From Trichomonas gallinae (lineage: Eukaryota): DNA of 43,626 nucleotides. The stretch's first letter is position 1; each line of letters begins with the position of its first letter. Both the position numbers and the translations under genes were made by a program. A model generated the notes under the pieces. It made no database searches and was not told the DNA's origin. It saw only the letters and a program-made list of their open reading frames with translations. The stretch lies in the NCBI GenBank assembly GCA_008369845.1, contig MRSU01002042.1:1-43626 (forward strand). The letters run 5' to 3'. Shown here piece after piece: positions 10,898 through 22,600 of the stretch.

Positions 10898-12002
10898 TTA
10901 ATAAATGACTGTTTTCGGTATTTTCGGGTATGTTTTATTAGTCATCACATAAAATGCGGCTTCAAGTGCTACTTTAACATCATCAAAATTAACTGGAATT
11001 TGAGCAGGCTCTTTATGACGCAATCTAGGCTCACTTATGATAACAAGATACATATTAAAGACGAGAATTGGTGAAGTGATATGTGAATTCCAAATTTGTC
11101 CCATAACTTCTATTAACGTTGTTCCTTCCTTCATGAACATGCAATTTAACAAATTACTTCCTGCTACTGCTACCAGGACTTTAAGCTGACTGTAGTACAA
11201 AGCTGTTTCTTTAATTGTATTAAAATGATCTGGAACAGGAATGAATTTTTCGTTTTTCCAGACATTGGAACTACTCTTTATCAGTTCATCGATATTAGAA
11301 ATGACTCTAACTGTTCCTTCTCGCTTATGAAAACCAATCGAATCTGGATTAACTTTATCAACGTTAAAATACTTTTTAATTGCTATTGAAAGATTATATA
11401 AGCAAGCTGATTGATATTCTCCATGTGGTCTTGGGTTCATCAAGAAATAAATATTCTCAGCAAATATCCATTCTCTTCTTTTAAGGAAAATTGTTCTATT
11501 TTCGAATCCTACAAACCTTATAAACTCACTGACATCGAATGGACAAACAGGGGCCAACATTCTTGTATGACTCAATGATGCGGCCAATTCTAGGTTTATA
11601 TAGGCCCGAGTGGCCATTATATGTCCAATTGTGGATTCTAAACCCTCTGCTTGCGAATCCGTAATGTCCTGATACGTAGTAGTTTTCTATTCTGTAAATT
11701 GTTCCATGACATGAGTCAACTTGGGACATAGTGAAGCCCATTTTATCCATGAAATCGTAATTTATCATTTTTTCTGTAAATGCGAGAGTTCTTTGTCTTC
11801 TATTCGGAAGAGATTGTTGTGTATAGTATACAAACTGCAAATCTCGGTCAATGAAATCCCATCTTTTTGGAATAAACGGAACTCTGTTTAAATAGACTTG
11901 AATTCTCCCAAATGGGCCATAGATGCACCAGATAATCACATTCAAAATCAAGACTATTACAGAAATCTTTTGGATTGCTGATGCATCATATTTTAGGCCC
12001 AT
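10898..12002 (-). pseudogene. Frameshifted glycosyltransferase family 61 (DUF563)-like gene
   Basis: Two overlapping ORFs. The 5' part has a type II anchor (ISVIVLILNVIIWCI). The 3' part has REGTVRVISNIDELI and KVLVAVAGSNLLNCMFMKEGTTLIEV, the GT61 C-terminal motif. The frame switches near 11550-11556. Confidence 0.72.
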
Positions 12003-12019
12003 AAGTGTCACTTTTATTC

Positions 12020-12370
12020 TTTTTGACACGTTACATGTCAGAAAGATCGATTTTGTCATGTAAAGATATTTTTTTCAATTTGTTTTCATGATAAATCTTT
12101 GACATTAAAACAGCTCAACACTATCATCGCCATATACATTCCATAAGCTATATTATTATCCACAACCACGTACAAATAGCTGCTCTCTATGTATAATGTT
12201 AAAAAAATATAATTCAACAACATGTTGATACTTTACATGTCAAAAAGAATAATTTTGTCATGTAAAGGATCATTTTTCCCATATATTTTAGGTTTTTTGT
12301 TTTCATGGTAAAATTTGGCAATGAAACAAAATACAACTCAATAAATACTATTATCACTATACACTATTAA
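12020..12370. repeat. Degenerate ~200 bp tandem duplication containing palindromic TTACATGTCA...TGTCATGTAA pairs
   Basis: 12031-12063 and 12232-12266 are homologous inverted-repeat units. Each is followed by TTTGTTTTCATG and a similar downstream tract. Confidence 0.7.
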
Positions 12371-12444
12371 GATCTCGATTATTATCGCCATTTCAGACAA
12401 GTTTCGAATGTTTCATTATATTATCCATCTTTTATTTAATAGGA

Positions 12445-13458
12445 ATGGCAAAACCAAATGTATCAATACTAATACGCGATATACAAGATATATTGGCCAT
12501 TGAATCGGATTTTTCTATTAGCAGCCAATGTTCAACTTGCACATTTCCTGTTAAAAATGATGGATTCATACCGAATAGTAGCGAAAATGATGTTATTTTA
12601 ACAGTTGCATTCAATAAATTAACAAATTTACCGACTTTTATTAGAACGTTAAGGCATACAGGCTGCAAAGCGCGTGTTGTCATAATATGTAATAGCTACG
12701 TATTCAGGAAATATAGTACAAAATACTTCAATTATATGAAAAAATGCGGAATTCAATTTATTAACATCGGCCCAATAAAACCACCAGATTCATACGGAGT
12801 ATTCTACATAAGGCATCGTCTTTACTACGATTTCCTAAGATCTAACAGAGGTAAAATAAATCGCGTTATTTCAATTGATTTATTCGATACTGCGTTTCAA
12901 AGAGACCCATTTACAACTTTCTTTAAGCCTGATAGAGTATACTTTAATTCAGAAATCGTCTCTGTTGTTGATAATTATATTTTTCATAATTTAATAATGC
13001 AAACTATTAAAATTGCTGAAGCTACTATACCTGATTTTAAGATACTACACGAATGCAATACAAAAATACTGCATAATCCGCTCATTAATGGTGGATTTCA
13101 ATCAGGTGGTGCCGAAATGATGGAAAAACTTTATTATAAGATGCAAAACATTGGAAATTTGTCTGATTTAAGTGCGTTTGGTGATGATCAAGCTTTCTTA
13201 AATGTTTTTGTTCATTGCCATTATTTTGATAATATTATTAATTATACGTTCGACGAAAATTGCATTGGATCATCAATAATAGGATATGGATATGCAGTGA
13301 GTAATGCGTTTTATCCGGGTCCTATTGGATCTTATCGAATTCTTGATAAAATTCCGGCTGTATTCCACCAGTTTGATCGATTTGGTCAAATTATGATCTC
13401 TATTGATGAATATTGTCCCAACAGTCCATATTTGAAAGATAATATGCGAAATTTTTAA
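12445..13458 (+). CDS. Putative GT-A fold glycosyltransferase-like protein (expanded trichomonad family); N-terminus possibly frameshifted
   Basis: Motifs RHRLYYDFL, IDLFDTAFQRDPF, INGG, DDQAFLN and HQFDR. The frame is open upstream to 12325 and encodes a hydrophobic anchor there. Confidence 0.6.
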   Translation: MAKPNVSILIRDIQDILAIESDFSISSQCSTCTFPVKNDGFIPNSSENDVILTVAFNKLTNLPTFIRTLRHTGCKARVVIICNSYVFRKYSTKYFNYMKKCGIQFINIGPIKPPDSYGVFYIRHRLYYDFLRSNRGKINRVISIDLFDTAFQRDPFTTFFKPDRVYFNSEIVSVVDNYIFHNLIMQTIKIAEATIPDFKILHECNTKILHNPLINGGFQSGGAEMMEKLYYKMQNIGNLSDLSAFGDDQAFLNVFVHCHYFDNIINYTFDENCIGSSIIGYGYAVSNAFYPGPIGSYRILDKIPAVFHQFDRFGQIMISIDEYCPNSPYLKDNMRNF

Positions 13459-13818
13459 TTTTTTATTGATAGTGCTAATTAGTCAAATTTCTAAATATGG
13501 CATTTTAAATTAATCTTCTTTGACACGCATTAGTTATATTTTACAATAATCTCAATATATATGCTAGTAACCCTTGTTATTATGCAAGTTATATATCATA
13601 GTATTATTGGCATAATGTTTTATTCTACGTTACCTATTGATTATTTTAATAAATGCTGAATAATGCATCCGAGATTTATTTATAAAAAAAATTAAAATTT
13701 CGAAATCAGTGTCAGTATATTTGATGCAGAATTATATGCTTTCGATACTAAATCATATTAGATATAAAAACAATAAGGATATAAACGAAAAATACCGTTT
13801 AATTAAATTAAAATTGTG

Positions 13819-16800
13819 TTAGGCAATGACGACGAGTGTCTTTGTGACTTTATTCTCGGAAGAAAGCTTGTCATTGTCCATGATCATGAATTGAATGTCA
13901 TAAACCTTAGGATCGGTGAGCCATGGAACTTGCCAGTAGAATGCATATGGCTCAGCACCAACTTCTTTTCGAGTGAAAACTGCATTTGGAACTTTTTCGA
14001 ACTTATCTTTATTAAATTTAACGTAAACCTGAATTGTTCCTTCCGGATCTGCATTATCATCGACAACAATGAAACAAAGGATCTTATCACCTTGTTTAGC
14101 AGACTTTCTGGAGAGACCAGCCTGCAATAACTTCGGTGGATGATATTCCTTTAACTTGAAATCGTATGTATCAGGATCAACATATCTTGTTCCAGAACCA
14201 TCTTGTGCCCAGTAATAAAGCGTGTGCTTCATACCTGGTTTGATCTGCTCAGGAATTGAAACATAAACTTTGAAATGGCCCTTATACTCTTCATAGAAAT
14301 GATCGTAATTTGTCGTGATCTTTGCCAATTCAATTACTCGGCCATTGTCAAATCTGCACATCAAAAAGACTTCTTCAGAGTCGCCATCACTAACATCGCC
14401 TTCTAATGTTATATTTTGGTTAGTAAAAACAACGTCTGGCAATTCGAGATAAGGATCAATTTCAACAAATGGTGGACTGGAAATCGGGAGTGTTACATCG
14501 ATGATATTGGAAATGAATGAGAGAGATGTATCTCTTGCATATACTTTATAATGGAATTTATTACCTTTGGTGTCATAAGATGTTTCCTTGTATGTATAGG
14601 AATTAGTTGTGTCTGTGATATTGAATGGAATGATTTTTTCTTTGCCGTTGATATTGAGGACAATCTCAATTGTTTCGAGAATATCGAAATCAACAATTTT
14701 GAATTCAAGATCAATTGGTGCTTCTGGGAATATATATTTTTCTCCATTCATATACTTTGGTGTATTGTCTGTGATTGTTGGAGGAGTTCTGACATTAGCA
14801 CTTGGAGCAAGAATAACATTGAAAATCATTGATTCTCCTGCAGGAATTTCTCTCTTTGCCCATGAAAAAGCGTACATAGTATCACCTACATTAGTTGGTG
14901 TTTCATAATTGTCAAAGAAAGGCATTAATCCAGTTGGCATTTCTTCATCAGATGTTCTTGCTGCTGGTGCAAGATATGTTGAGTCGACATTTGTCATGCC
15001 GCCGAAATCGCGAGTGAAAACTGTGTAAGTGATATTTGGATTTTCACTAGCAATAACGAATCCTCTCTTATCATCTCTCTTCTTCACAGCATCATCACTT
15101 GCAAATTGAGAGTCAACGAAAACTCCAAGATCGATAATCTGTGAGAAATAGTCGTTATTTGTCACATTGAAATTTAGCTCGAGATAACCTGTGCTTGGCT
15201 CATATGAGTGGAAGAACTTGAAATGAACATTGTCTTTCTCGGATTCGCCATTTTGTTTGTGTGTAATGAGCTGTGTTTCTGATGGTTTCTTGCCCTTCCA
15301 TATTCTATAGCCAGCATAGAAACCTTCATTATTGTAAGACATTGAGTATTTATTTCCATCAAGGTTATTGAACTCCAAGTTGAAGCACGCGTTGTTGTTC
15401 TTCGCTACAGGAACAACAGTGATGTTTCCTAGCGGCTCCGGTGGAAGTGGCTTCGCTGGATCGTAAACCATAATCTTCTTGACGAACGGCTTGATTGATA
15501 CCAGACCTTCATCGTCTTCAGCTGTAACTGTAATGTTGTAGTAGCCGATGTCAATATTCGGGATCGTGTACCAGAAGGCGTACGCGTAATCGCTTTCTGT
15601 TGCGGTAAAGTTGCCGATGTATGTCTTTACGTTATTCATTGTTGCGTAAACTTTGACTAGTTGTGACACATTTGGATCTGTAGCTGAACCAAAGATAACT
15701 ATATTCTGGTTAGCCAAAACCCTTGATCTTGAGAAGAAGGCACTGTGGACTTCTGGATTCGGTGGCTTAATGATGAAGAAGCGATGGGATGATATCGGAT
15801 ATGACTTCAATCCGAAAGAATCCTGGGCCCAAATTTTGAGATCGTGATATTCGCCAAGTGCGAGGTCTCTTCCTGATAATGGGATGCTTTTATGATATGT
15901 CTGCCATCCATCGTCTCTGGTATTGACTCTGTCATCCTTGATAATCTGTTGCTCGTCAAATTGATAAAAAATTGTAACTTCGGATTCGTCTTCAACTTCA
16001 GCAGATATCTCTATTGAATCACCAATGTTGTATTGAGGGTTTAATTTGGAGTAATCAAGCGTGAATTTTGGAATTATTGAACCTTCAGCCCAAAATTCTG
16101 CTGTAATGTTTTCAGACGAGTATCCTGTGTTATCTGTAGCCTGAAGCCAAACTGTATACTTGATCGTATCCTGCAAATTGATGTTTTTCACGAAATTGGA
16201 AGATCTTCCGTTAACATTTTCACTGTATTCAGTTCCATTAAGGCCATATTTAATCGTAAGAGTTGAAGATCTGTCGTGGTCAATGATATCGAAGGTAACA
16301 GGAATATCCTTGTTAGGAGGATAATAATCCTTTTGCTCATAAGTAAGTTTAACGAACGGAGCTAATGGTACTGAATTTCCTGTATGTGAAAGGTAGCCAA
16401 GTGTTAAGCGTTCTTTGGCTGGAACCTCTTTTCCGATCCATGAGAAAGCAAAGCAGGAATCAACGCCGCTCACAACTGTGTCTGTTGAAGAGCTTTCGAA
16501 GAAAGGAAGTGAACTTGGTTTAGATTTATCATAAGAATCCTGAATTTTTCCGATAAAAATTTTATCAACGCTCGGATAATATGAATCTTTCAAGAGACTT
16601 GTGTACTGTTTGTTGCTGGTAGTCTCTGTAACGATGATTCCGCGTTGATCATCGGTAAACTGCAGTTTTGAATTATCATCATTAGATAAAGCAGCGTCTC
16701 CGAAAACGCCTAGGTCAAATTTCTTTGGCTTATTCATGGTATTTCTGACATGGAATTCAATTTTAAGTGCTTTCTTTGCCTTTCTATCTTCCAATTCGCT

Positions 16801-17070
16801 AAATGTAAACGAAAGACCGTCAACTTCAAGCGGCCCGCCCCAAACGCCTGAATTATCATTATAATTCATGTACTTTATCTCTCCTGGGCTGCCATTTGCG
16901 TCATAAACTCGAACGCCGACATAATAACCTTCACCCGATTCTGTTGTAAAATATTCTCCTTTATCATCTTTGTATTTGATCTCGTATAATGTTAATGTAT
17001 CCTTGTTAGGATTCGTGGATATCATTTTCGGGTCATCTCCAAGTGCTAATGCGCTCAATATGAAGAACAT
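13819..17070 (-). CDS. Large secreted/surface protein with Ig/cadherin-like repeats (Bap-like), copy 1
   Basis: Short signal MFFILSALALG; repeated beta-rich modules ending in A-x-D-x-x-G-x-x-S; internal two-fold duplication; no C-terminal TM. The family name comes from recall only. Confidence 0.7.
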   Translation of the reverse strand: MFFILSALALGDDPKMISTNPNKDTLTLYEIKYKDDKGEYFTTESGEGYYVGVRVYDANGSPGEIKYMNYNDNSGVWGGPLEVDGLSFTFSELEDRKAKKALKIEFHVRNTMNKPKKFDLGVFGDAALSNDDNSKLQFTDDQRGIIVTETTSNKQYTSLLKDSYYPSVDKIFIGKIQDSYDKSKPSSLPFFESSSTDTVVSGVDSCFAFSWIGKEVPAKERLTLGYLSHTGNSVPLAPFVKLTYEQKDYYPPNKDIPVTFDIIDHDRSSTLTIKYGLNGTEYSENVNGRSSNFVKNINLQDTIKYTVWLQATDNTGYSSENITAEFWAEGSIIPKFTLDYSKLNPQYNIGDSIEISAEVEDESEVTIFYQFDEQQIIKDDRVNTRDDGWQTYHKSIPLSGRDLALGEYHDLKIWAQDSFGLKSYPISSHRFFIIKPPNPEVHSAFFSRSRVLANQNIVIFGSATDPNVSQLVKVYATMNNVKTYIGNFTATESDYAYAFWYTIPNIDIGYYNITVTAEDDEGLVSIKPFVKKIMVYDPAKPLPPEPLGNITVVPVAKNNNACFNLEFNNLDGNKYSMSYNNEGFYAGYRIWKGKKPSETQLITHKQNGESEKDNVHFKFFHSYEPSTGYLELNFNVTNNDYFSQIIDLGVFVDSQFASDDAVKKRDDKRGFVIASENPNITYTVFTRDFGGMTNVDSTYLAPAARTSDEEMPTGLMPFFDNYETPTNVGDTMYAFSWAKREIPAGESMIFNVILAPSANVRTPPTITDNTPKYMNGEKYIFPEAPIDLEFKIVDFDILETIEIVLNINGKEKIIPFNITDTTNSYTYKETSYDTKGNKFHYKVYARDTSLSFISNIIDVTLPISSPPFVEIDPYLELPDVVFTNQNITLEGDVSDGDSEEVFLMCRFDNGRVIELAKITTNYDHFYEEYKGHFKVYVSIPEQIKPGMKHTLYYWAQDGSGTRYVDPDTYDFKLKEYHPPKLLQAGLSRKSAKQGDKILCFIVVDDNADPEGTIQVYVKFNKDKFEKVPNAVFTRKEVGAEPYAFYWQVPWLTDPKVYDIQFMIMDNDKLSSENKVTKTLVVIA

Positions 17071-18621
17071 AAAATTTGATTGTTTAATTTTGAGAAAAAC
17101 TGACAATTCAATTCCGACTTATTCAAAATTTTACGTGATATTGGTATCTTTATGTGTTAACTGAGAGAAATAACGAAAATCTGTAATTATCAATAGAATC
17201 AAAATTGAGAACTCGTTTGATAAACCATTTGAAAATATTGAATACTAGTACGATTAATTCATTCAAAATATATTAATGTGTAAAAAAAAACACATCAAAC
17301 AATTATACAACAATTTTGTTGTTACTTTTACACCCGTAATTTAAGTAAATTGAATATAATTGAATGATGTAAAACGATACGAAATTGTTTTAGATATTAA
17401 TATAGATTGAAAATTTAACAAAATAAAATTTTGACTATTTTATATCAAAATACTATATTGATAATAATAATAAGCAATATTATGAAATAAAAAATTTTTG
17501 CTTCATTCAAAATTATATTGCTCCATAGTTTGTTGAATAAGTATTATTTTGAAGGGATAAATTTAATGAGGAATATTTCGCATGTTTTTGAAGAAAATAA
17601 AACTCTGCCTTACTTTTCAATTGATTTTCAAAAAAAAAAAAAACAACTAACTAAAAAAACCAAATATACATTGTATAATTTATAAATTTGTTATTTAGCA
17701 AAAATAAATTCAAGACTTTATGCTCCAAACATTGCCAATGTGTTATATAGACATAGAATGTCTTATTTCTTGAATAACAAATTACAGTTTTTGTTGATAA
17801 TGTCACTTTTGGATAAATATCTTCATTGTAGAGATGCGTTCATTTGTTTGGCCGGTGATTTTATGAGACATATGCACTATGTTGTAGCTTGAGATGACAT
17901 CCTACTAGTTATTGTCGATAAAATACGCTTTCATAGTGATTCTTTAGCGATATTTTCATTATTGATAGACGTTGTTCGCTGAGGAAAAGGGAATTGCGAA
18001 TCTATTTGTAAGCAATATTATATATACTAGCCTCTTTGTGATCTGAGCATCTTATTGAATTGTTCGAAATATTATTTCTTTTATTTTCATATGTTTCTTC
18101 CTCATGTGGAGATATAGTACAATGTAACATATTATATGTTGTTCATCCAAGTTTTCTTGAATTTGATAAAATTCCTTAATGAAATGGAAATAGTGTTATT
18201 TATCTTTTTATATCGAGTGCTTGTATTTTCTGTAATTTGATTCTCATAATAATCAAAATCAATTCATAAAGTATTTCTTATTAGAAAGCAATGTATTGAT
18301 AGGTACTTGAATTTAAGAATCTAATACTTAACTTTAACATTTTAATAAGATATTTTTTATTTTTGATCAAAAGTATCTTTATTACAAAGTCATATAGGAG
18401 AATTATTATCAGGATATCCTCTATTAATATATGATAGCAGTTCATTTCTCTTGAAAAATTCATTATTATTTTATTTCCGTTGAAATTATATTGCGTTGTT
18501 AAGACAAAATGATCTGGCAATAGACGCATAGCTTGAAGTTAAATTTAAATTATAGCAATACAAACTAAAACAACAATTTTAATATTTAATTTTACAAACA
18601 AATAAGAAGCAAAACAGATAT

Positions 18622-19284
18622 TTAATCTTCTTTTGGTTTATATCTTTCTACATATTCTTCTCTAAGCTTTGTTACATAACTTTGATCAACATTTTCCAAA
18701 ATATTATCAAAATCCAATGATTTTGTGAATTGTTCCATAAATGCAATGACAAACATACCACAATCAAAGCTATTCAACTGCTGGGGCGATTCTTTCTCGA
18801 TAAAATCAAAAGATAAAACATCATAATATTCGCACATTCGCGCTGCAGCTTCGCGCGCTAAATCTATATCTGTTCCTTCCATTGAGTTGAAAAAGTAGAA
18901 TTTGCTAGTTTCATCTTTTGAATAATTTGTATCCCAAATCAGCAGACTCCAATGATCGCCTGATACACTAGGATCTGTTCCATTATTGAATGGCATAAGT
19001 ATATATTTAGCTTTAAAGAAATCCCAATATTTAAGTACGCTAAGAGCCATATTTTTTGGAGCAGTACGTACAAAATAGAATATTGACCCTGGAAAGTACA
19101 TTACATTTTTGTGATTTTCATCACATGACTTATTTGCAGCTAATTCTAATTGAATTCCAGCGAAACTAAGGACGCCACAATTAACCCATTGATCTTTTTC
19201 AATGTATTCTACCTCATAGTCGTATAGCGCGTAATTTTTTACTTGATATATCTTTTTCGGCATCGGTTTAATCATATTTTTCAT
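18622..19284 (-). CDS. Clan CE (C48/Ulp1) cysteine protease, SENP8/NEDP1-like
   Basis: QWVN, ILMPFNN, GDHWSLL, FFNSM and PQQLNSFDCGMFV motifs; catalytic domain only, 220 aa. Confidence 0.85.
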   Translation of the reverse strand: MKNMIKPMPKKIYQVKNYALYDYEVEYIEKDQWVNCGVLSFAGIQLELAANKSCDENHKNVMYFPGSIFYFVRTAPKNMALSVLKYWDFFKAKYILMPFNNGTDPSVSGDHWSLLIWDTNYSKDETSKFYFFNSMEGTDIDLAREAAARMCEYYDVLSFDFIEKESPQQLNSFDCGMFVIAFMEQFTKSLDFDNILENVDQSYVTKLREEYVERYKPKED

Positions 19285-19676
19285 ATTTTGCTCAATTATT
19301 ACATGACAAAAAAAAATTTACATGGCGAATTTTGTGTTTTATTGTTAATGCAATGATAAGCATAATTTATTCCATTTCGAATCGAAATTTATGACAATTT
19401 CTATTGCTAAAATCTTCTTTTGATTCGTTATTTTGTTAAAGTTTTGAAAAAATCGATAAATTTAAATTAAATCTGATTTTTAGGTGTAAAAATCGAGGAT
19501 TTTGAGATTCTAAATAATGAAATATTAATTATTTTTGCTCTAGATTATATATAATTCATCAAATGAAATTTTATTTTTCATGCGATATGCATTATTAATC
19601 TACTTTTTAAAAGCTACCAAACTAATATTATAAAAATCTAATTAAACGAAAATAAGCAACGTTTTAATCAAAATAC

Positions 19677-22600
19677 TTATGTGATGATTAATGTTCTGGA
19701 AATTACGTTGGATGGCAAACCATCTGTATCAACTACTCTGAAGTTGATTTCGTAGACACCAGGAGAAAGTCTTGGAACATAGTAGTAGAAAGCGTATGGC
19801 TTCAAAGCTTGGTCCTGCTTCTTATTTTGTGCAAAAATGAATTTATTGTCATCAAACTTAACATTCTTACCTTCCATAACCTGGATCTTCATTTGTTCGT
19901 TGGCATCTGGGTCATCGACGAGAACATAAGCGACTAATTTTTCACCTGCCTTTGCAGTTTGTGAGGCAAGGCCAGCCCTAAGCAACCTTGGTGGATGTGC
20001 CTCGACGTAGTCGAATTCGAATGATTTAATCTCTGATTCCTTAGATCCGTAGCTATCAGTGGCCCAGAACTTGAATGTGTAATGTCCTGGTTTAACAAAC
20101 TTTGAAATTTCGATATCAACATCATAAGGTACACTCCACGTATCATCTTCAGTGGAATGGACAATTGTTTTGGCTGTCTCGATCATTCCGTTGCCGATCT
20201 GATACTTAATGATTGTTGTATCACCTACTTCGCCATCAATTGTACCTTTAAGTTTAATTATACCAGGTGTGAGGACTCTTGATGGATAGATGCCATCTGG
20301 ATATAATCTTGGTGGGTCTGACAATGGGATCGTTCTCTCAATTGTGTTAGATACATAAGAAAGTGATGTATCCCTTGCATAAACTTTGTATGTTAAGTAC
20401 TTCTTAAATGGAATCGTAATTTCGTGCTCAACAAAATGTGATTTCTGGTTAGCTGTGATTGTGACATTTTTAACAAATTCTTGTTGATCATTGATCTTAT
20501 ATACCAACTGGATTGTCTCACCAACGTCGAAATCAGTGACTTGAATTGAAATTGTTTGTTTGTCACCAGGTACCAGATAGTTTTTACCGTCAGGCAGTAC
20601 TGTCAAATCAGTAAGTGTTGAAGGAGTTCTGACATTATCACTTGGTGTCATGTAAACTTTGAATACAACTGTTTCATTTGCTGGAATCTCTTTGCTTCTC
20701 CATGCGAAAGCGTACATTGAATTTCCATCCGATGGTGGAGCTGCATAATCCTCGAAGAATGGAATTTTATCTACAGGAATTTCATTAGTGTTTGTTCTTT
20801 CGACAGGCAAGAAATTATATGAATCAACAGGAATCATGTCACCGAAATCTCTTGTGAAGACTGTGTACTTGACTTTTGGTGTTGAAACATCTGGATTTAT
20901 ATCTGTGACTGTGAAACCTCTCTCATCACTTCTTACTCTGATTGGACTGTCATCATTTCCAGCAAATTTAGAGTCGACGAAAAGACCGAGATCGACTTTC
21001 TGTCCGAAGTAGTTCTTGTTTGTGACATTGAACTGGAGAATCAAGTAGCCTGTGACTGGGTCATAGGAGTGATCGAAAACAGCTGTGACGTTGTTCATAT
21101 CTGGCTCAGCCTCGCCGCTGTCGCCTTGCTTGATGAGCTTAGTCTTGCCTGGTGTTCTTTCGTTGGAAAGTCTGTATCCAGCATAGAAGCCTTCGTCGTT
21201 GAAGGACATCTGGTAGTTCTCTCCAGCAGTGCTTTTGTACTGCAAGTTGAAGCAAGCGTTAGTGTTCTTTGTTACTGGGATAACAGTGATATTTCCGAGT
21301 CTCTCAGGTGGATCCGGCTGTGTTGGATCGTAAACCAAGATTTCTCTGTTATATGAAACTGTTGATGCCATATTTTCGCTGTCTTCAGCAGAGACACTGA
21401 TATTGAAATATCCTGTATCGACATCTGGTATTGTGTAGTAAAAGGCGAATGGAACTTCTGTGTTTGTCGCTGGGATTTCGCCGATTTCTGTCTTGTTATC
21501 GTTCACAGATGCGAAAACTTTGATTGTTTGGGAAACATTTGGATCTGTTGCTAAGCCGAAGATGATAATTGTCTGGTTGACCATAGCCCTCTGCCTGGAG
21601 AAGTGAGCGCTGATGATTGTTGGTTGTGGTGGATTATTATAAAAGAATTTATGCTCAATGACTTCAGATGTCTGGCCAAGTGTGTCCACAGCCCAGATAT
21701 ATAATGTGTAGTCCTGTCCGAGCTCAAGAGATTTACCACCTAATGCAATATCATCGTGGAAGTATTGTACGCCGTCATCGCGTGTGTCAACCTTGATGCC
21801 TGTGAAAATGAAGCCGTTGTTGAACCTGTATTTGATTGTAACGGCATTTTCATCATCTGTTGTTCCTATTATTTCGATTTTTTCTCCTGGATTGTACACA
21901 GGCTTAAGCTTATCCTTGTTTACTGTGAAGTTAGGGATGTTCGCGCCTTCTGCCATGAATGTAATTGAAAGATTTTCAGAATGGTGGCCATCTCTGTCTA
22001 CTGCTTGGATCCAGAAGTCATACCTCAATGAATCCTTAAGATTGATGACTTGTCTGAATGCTGCATATTCAGCTTGGATAGTTTGTGTTTCGACTGTTCC
22101 ATTTAAGCCAATTTTGTAGGTGATTTGATCGCCAAGGTCCTTATCTGTGATAGCGATACCGATTGGGATATCTGTGTTCTTTGGATACTGCTCTTTCTTC
22201 TCATAATTTAATTTGATGAATGGTGGAAGTGGAACAGATTCGCCTGCACGAGCAAGATAACCAACGAAAAGTTCGGCCCATGGCTGGACTTCTACTTTTC
22301 TCCATGAAAATGCGAAAACCGAGTTTTTGCCTGTAATTGGGCCAATTAAGTCAGTCTCAGTCCAAAATGGAAGGGTGGAAGGATCATTCTTATTGTATGT
22401 GTCCTTGTTTTCGCCAATGAATACTGTTGAAACATCAGGGAAATAATGTCCTTTCAAAAGATTCGTGTAATTGAACGTGACTTGCTTGTTCGTTGATATG
22501 AAAATTCCTCTTCTATCACTTGTGAATGAAATACTAGCGTCATCGTCTTGATTAAGCATTGCGTCGCAGAAAATACCGAGATCGAATTTCTTTGGACGTG

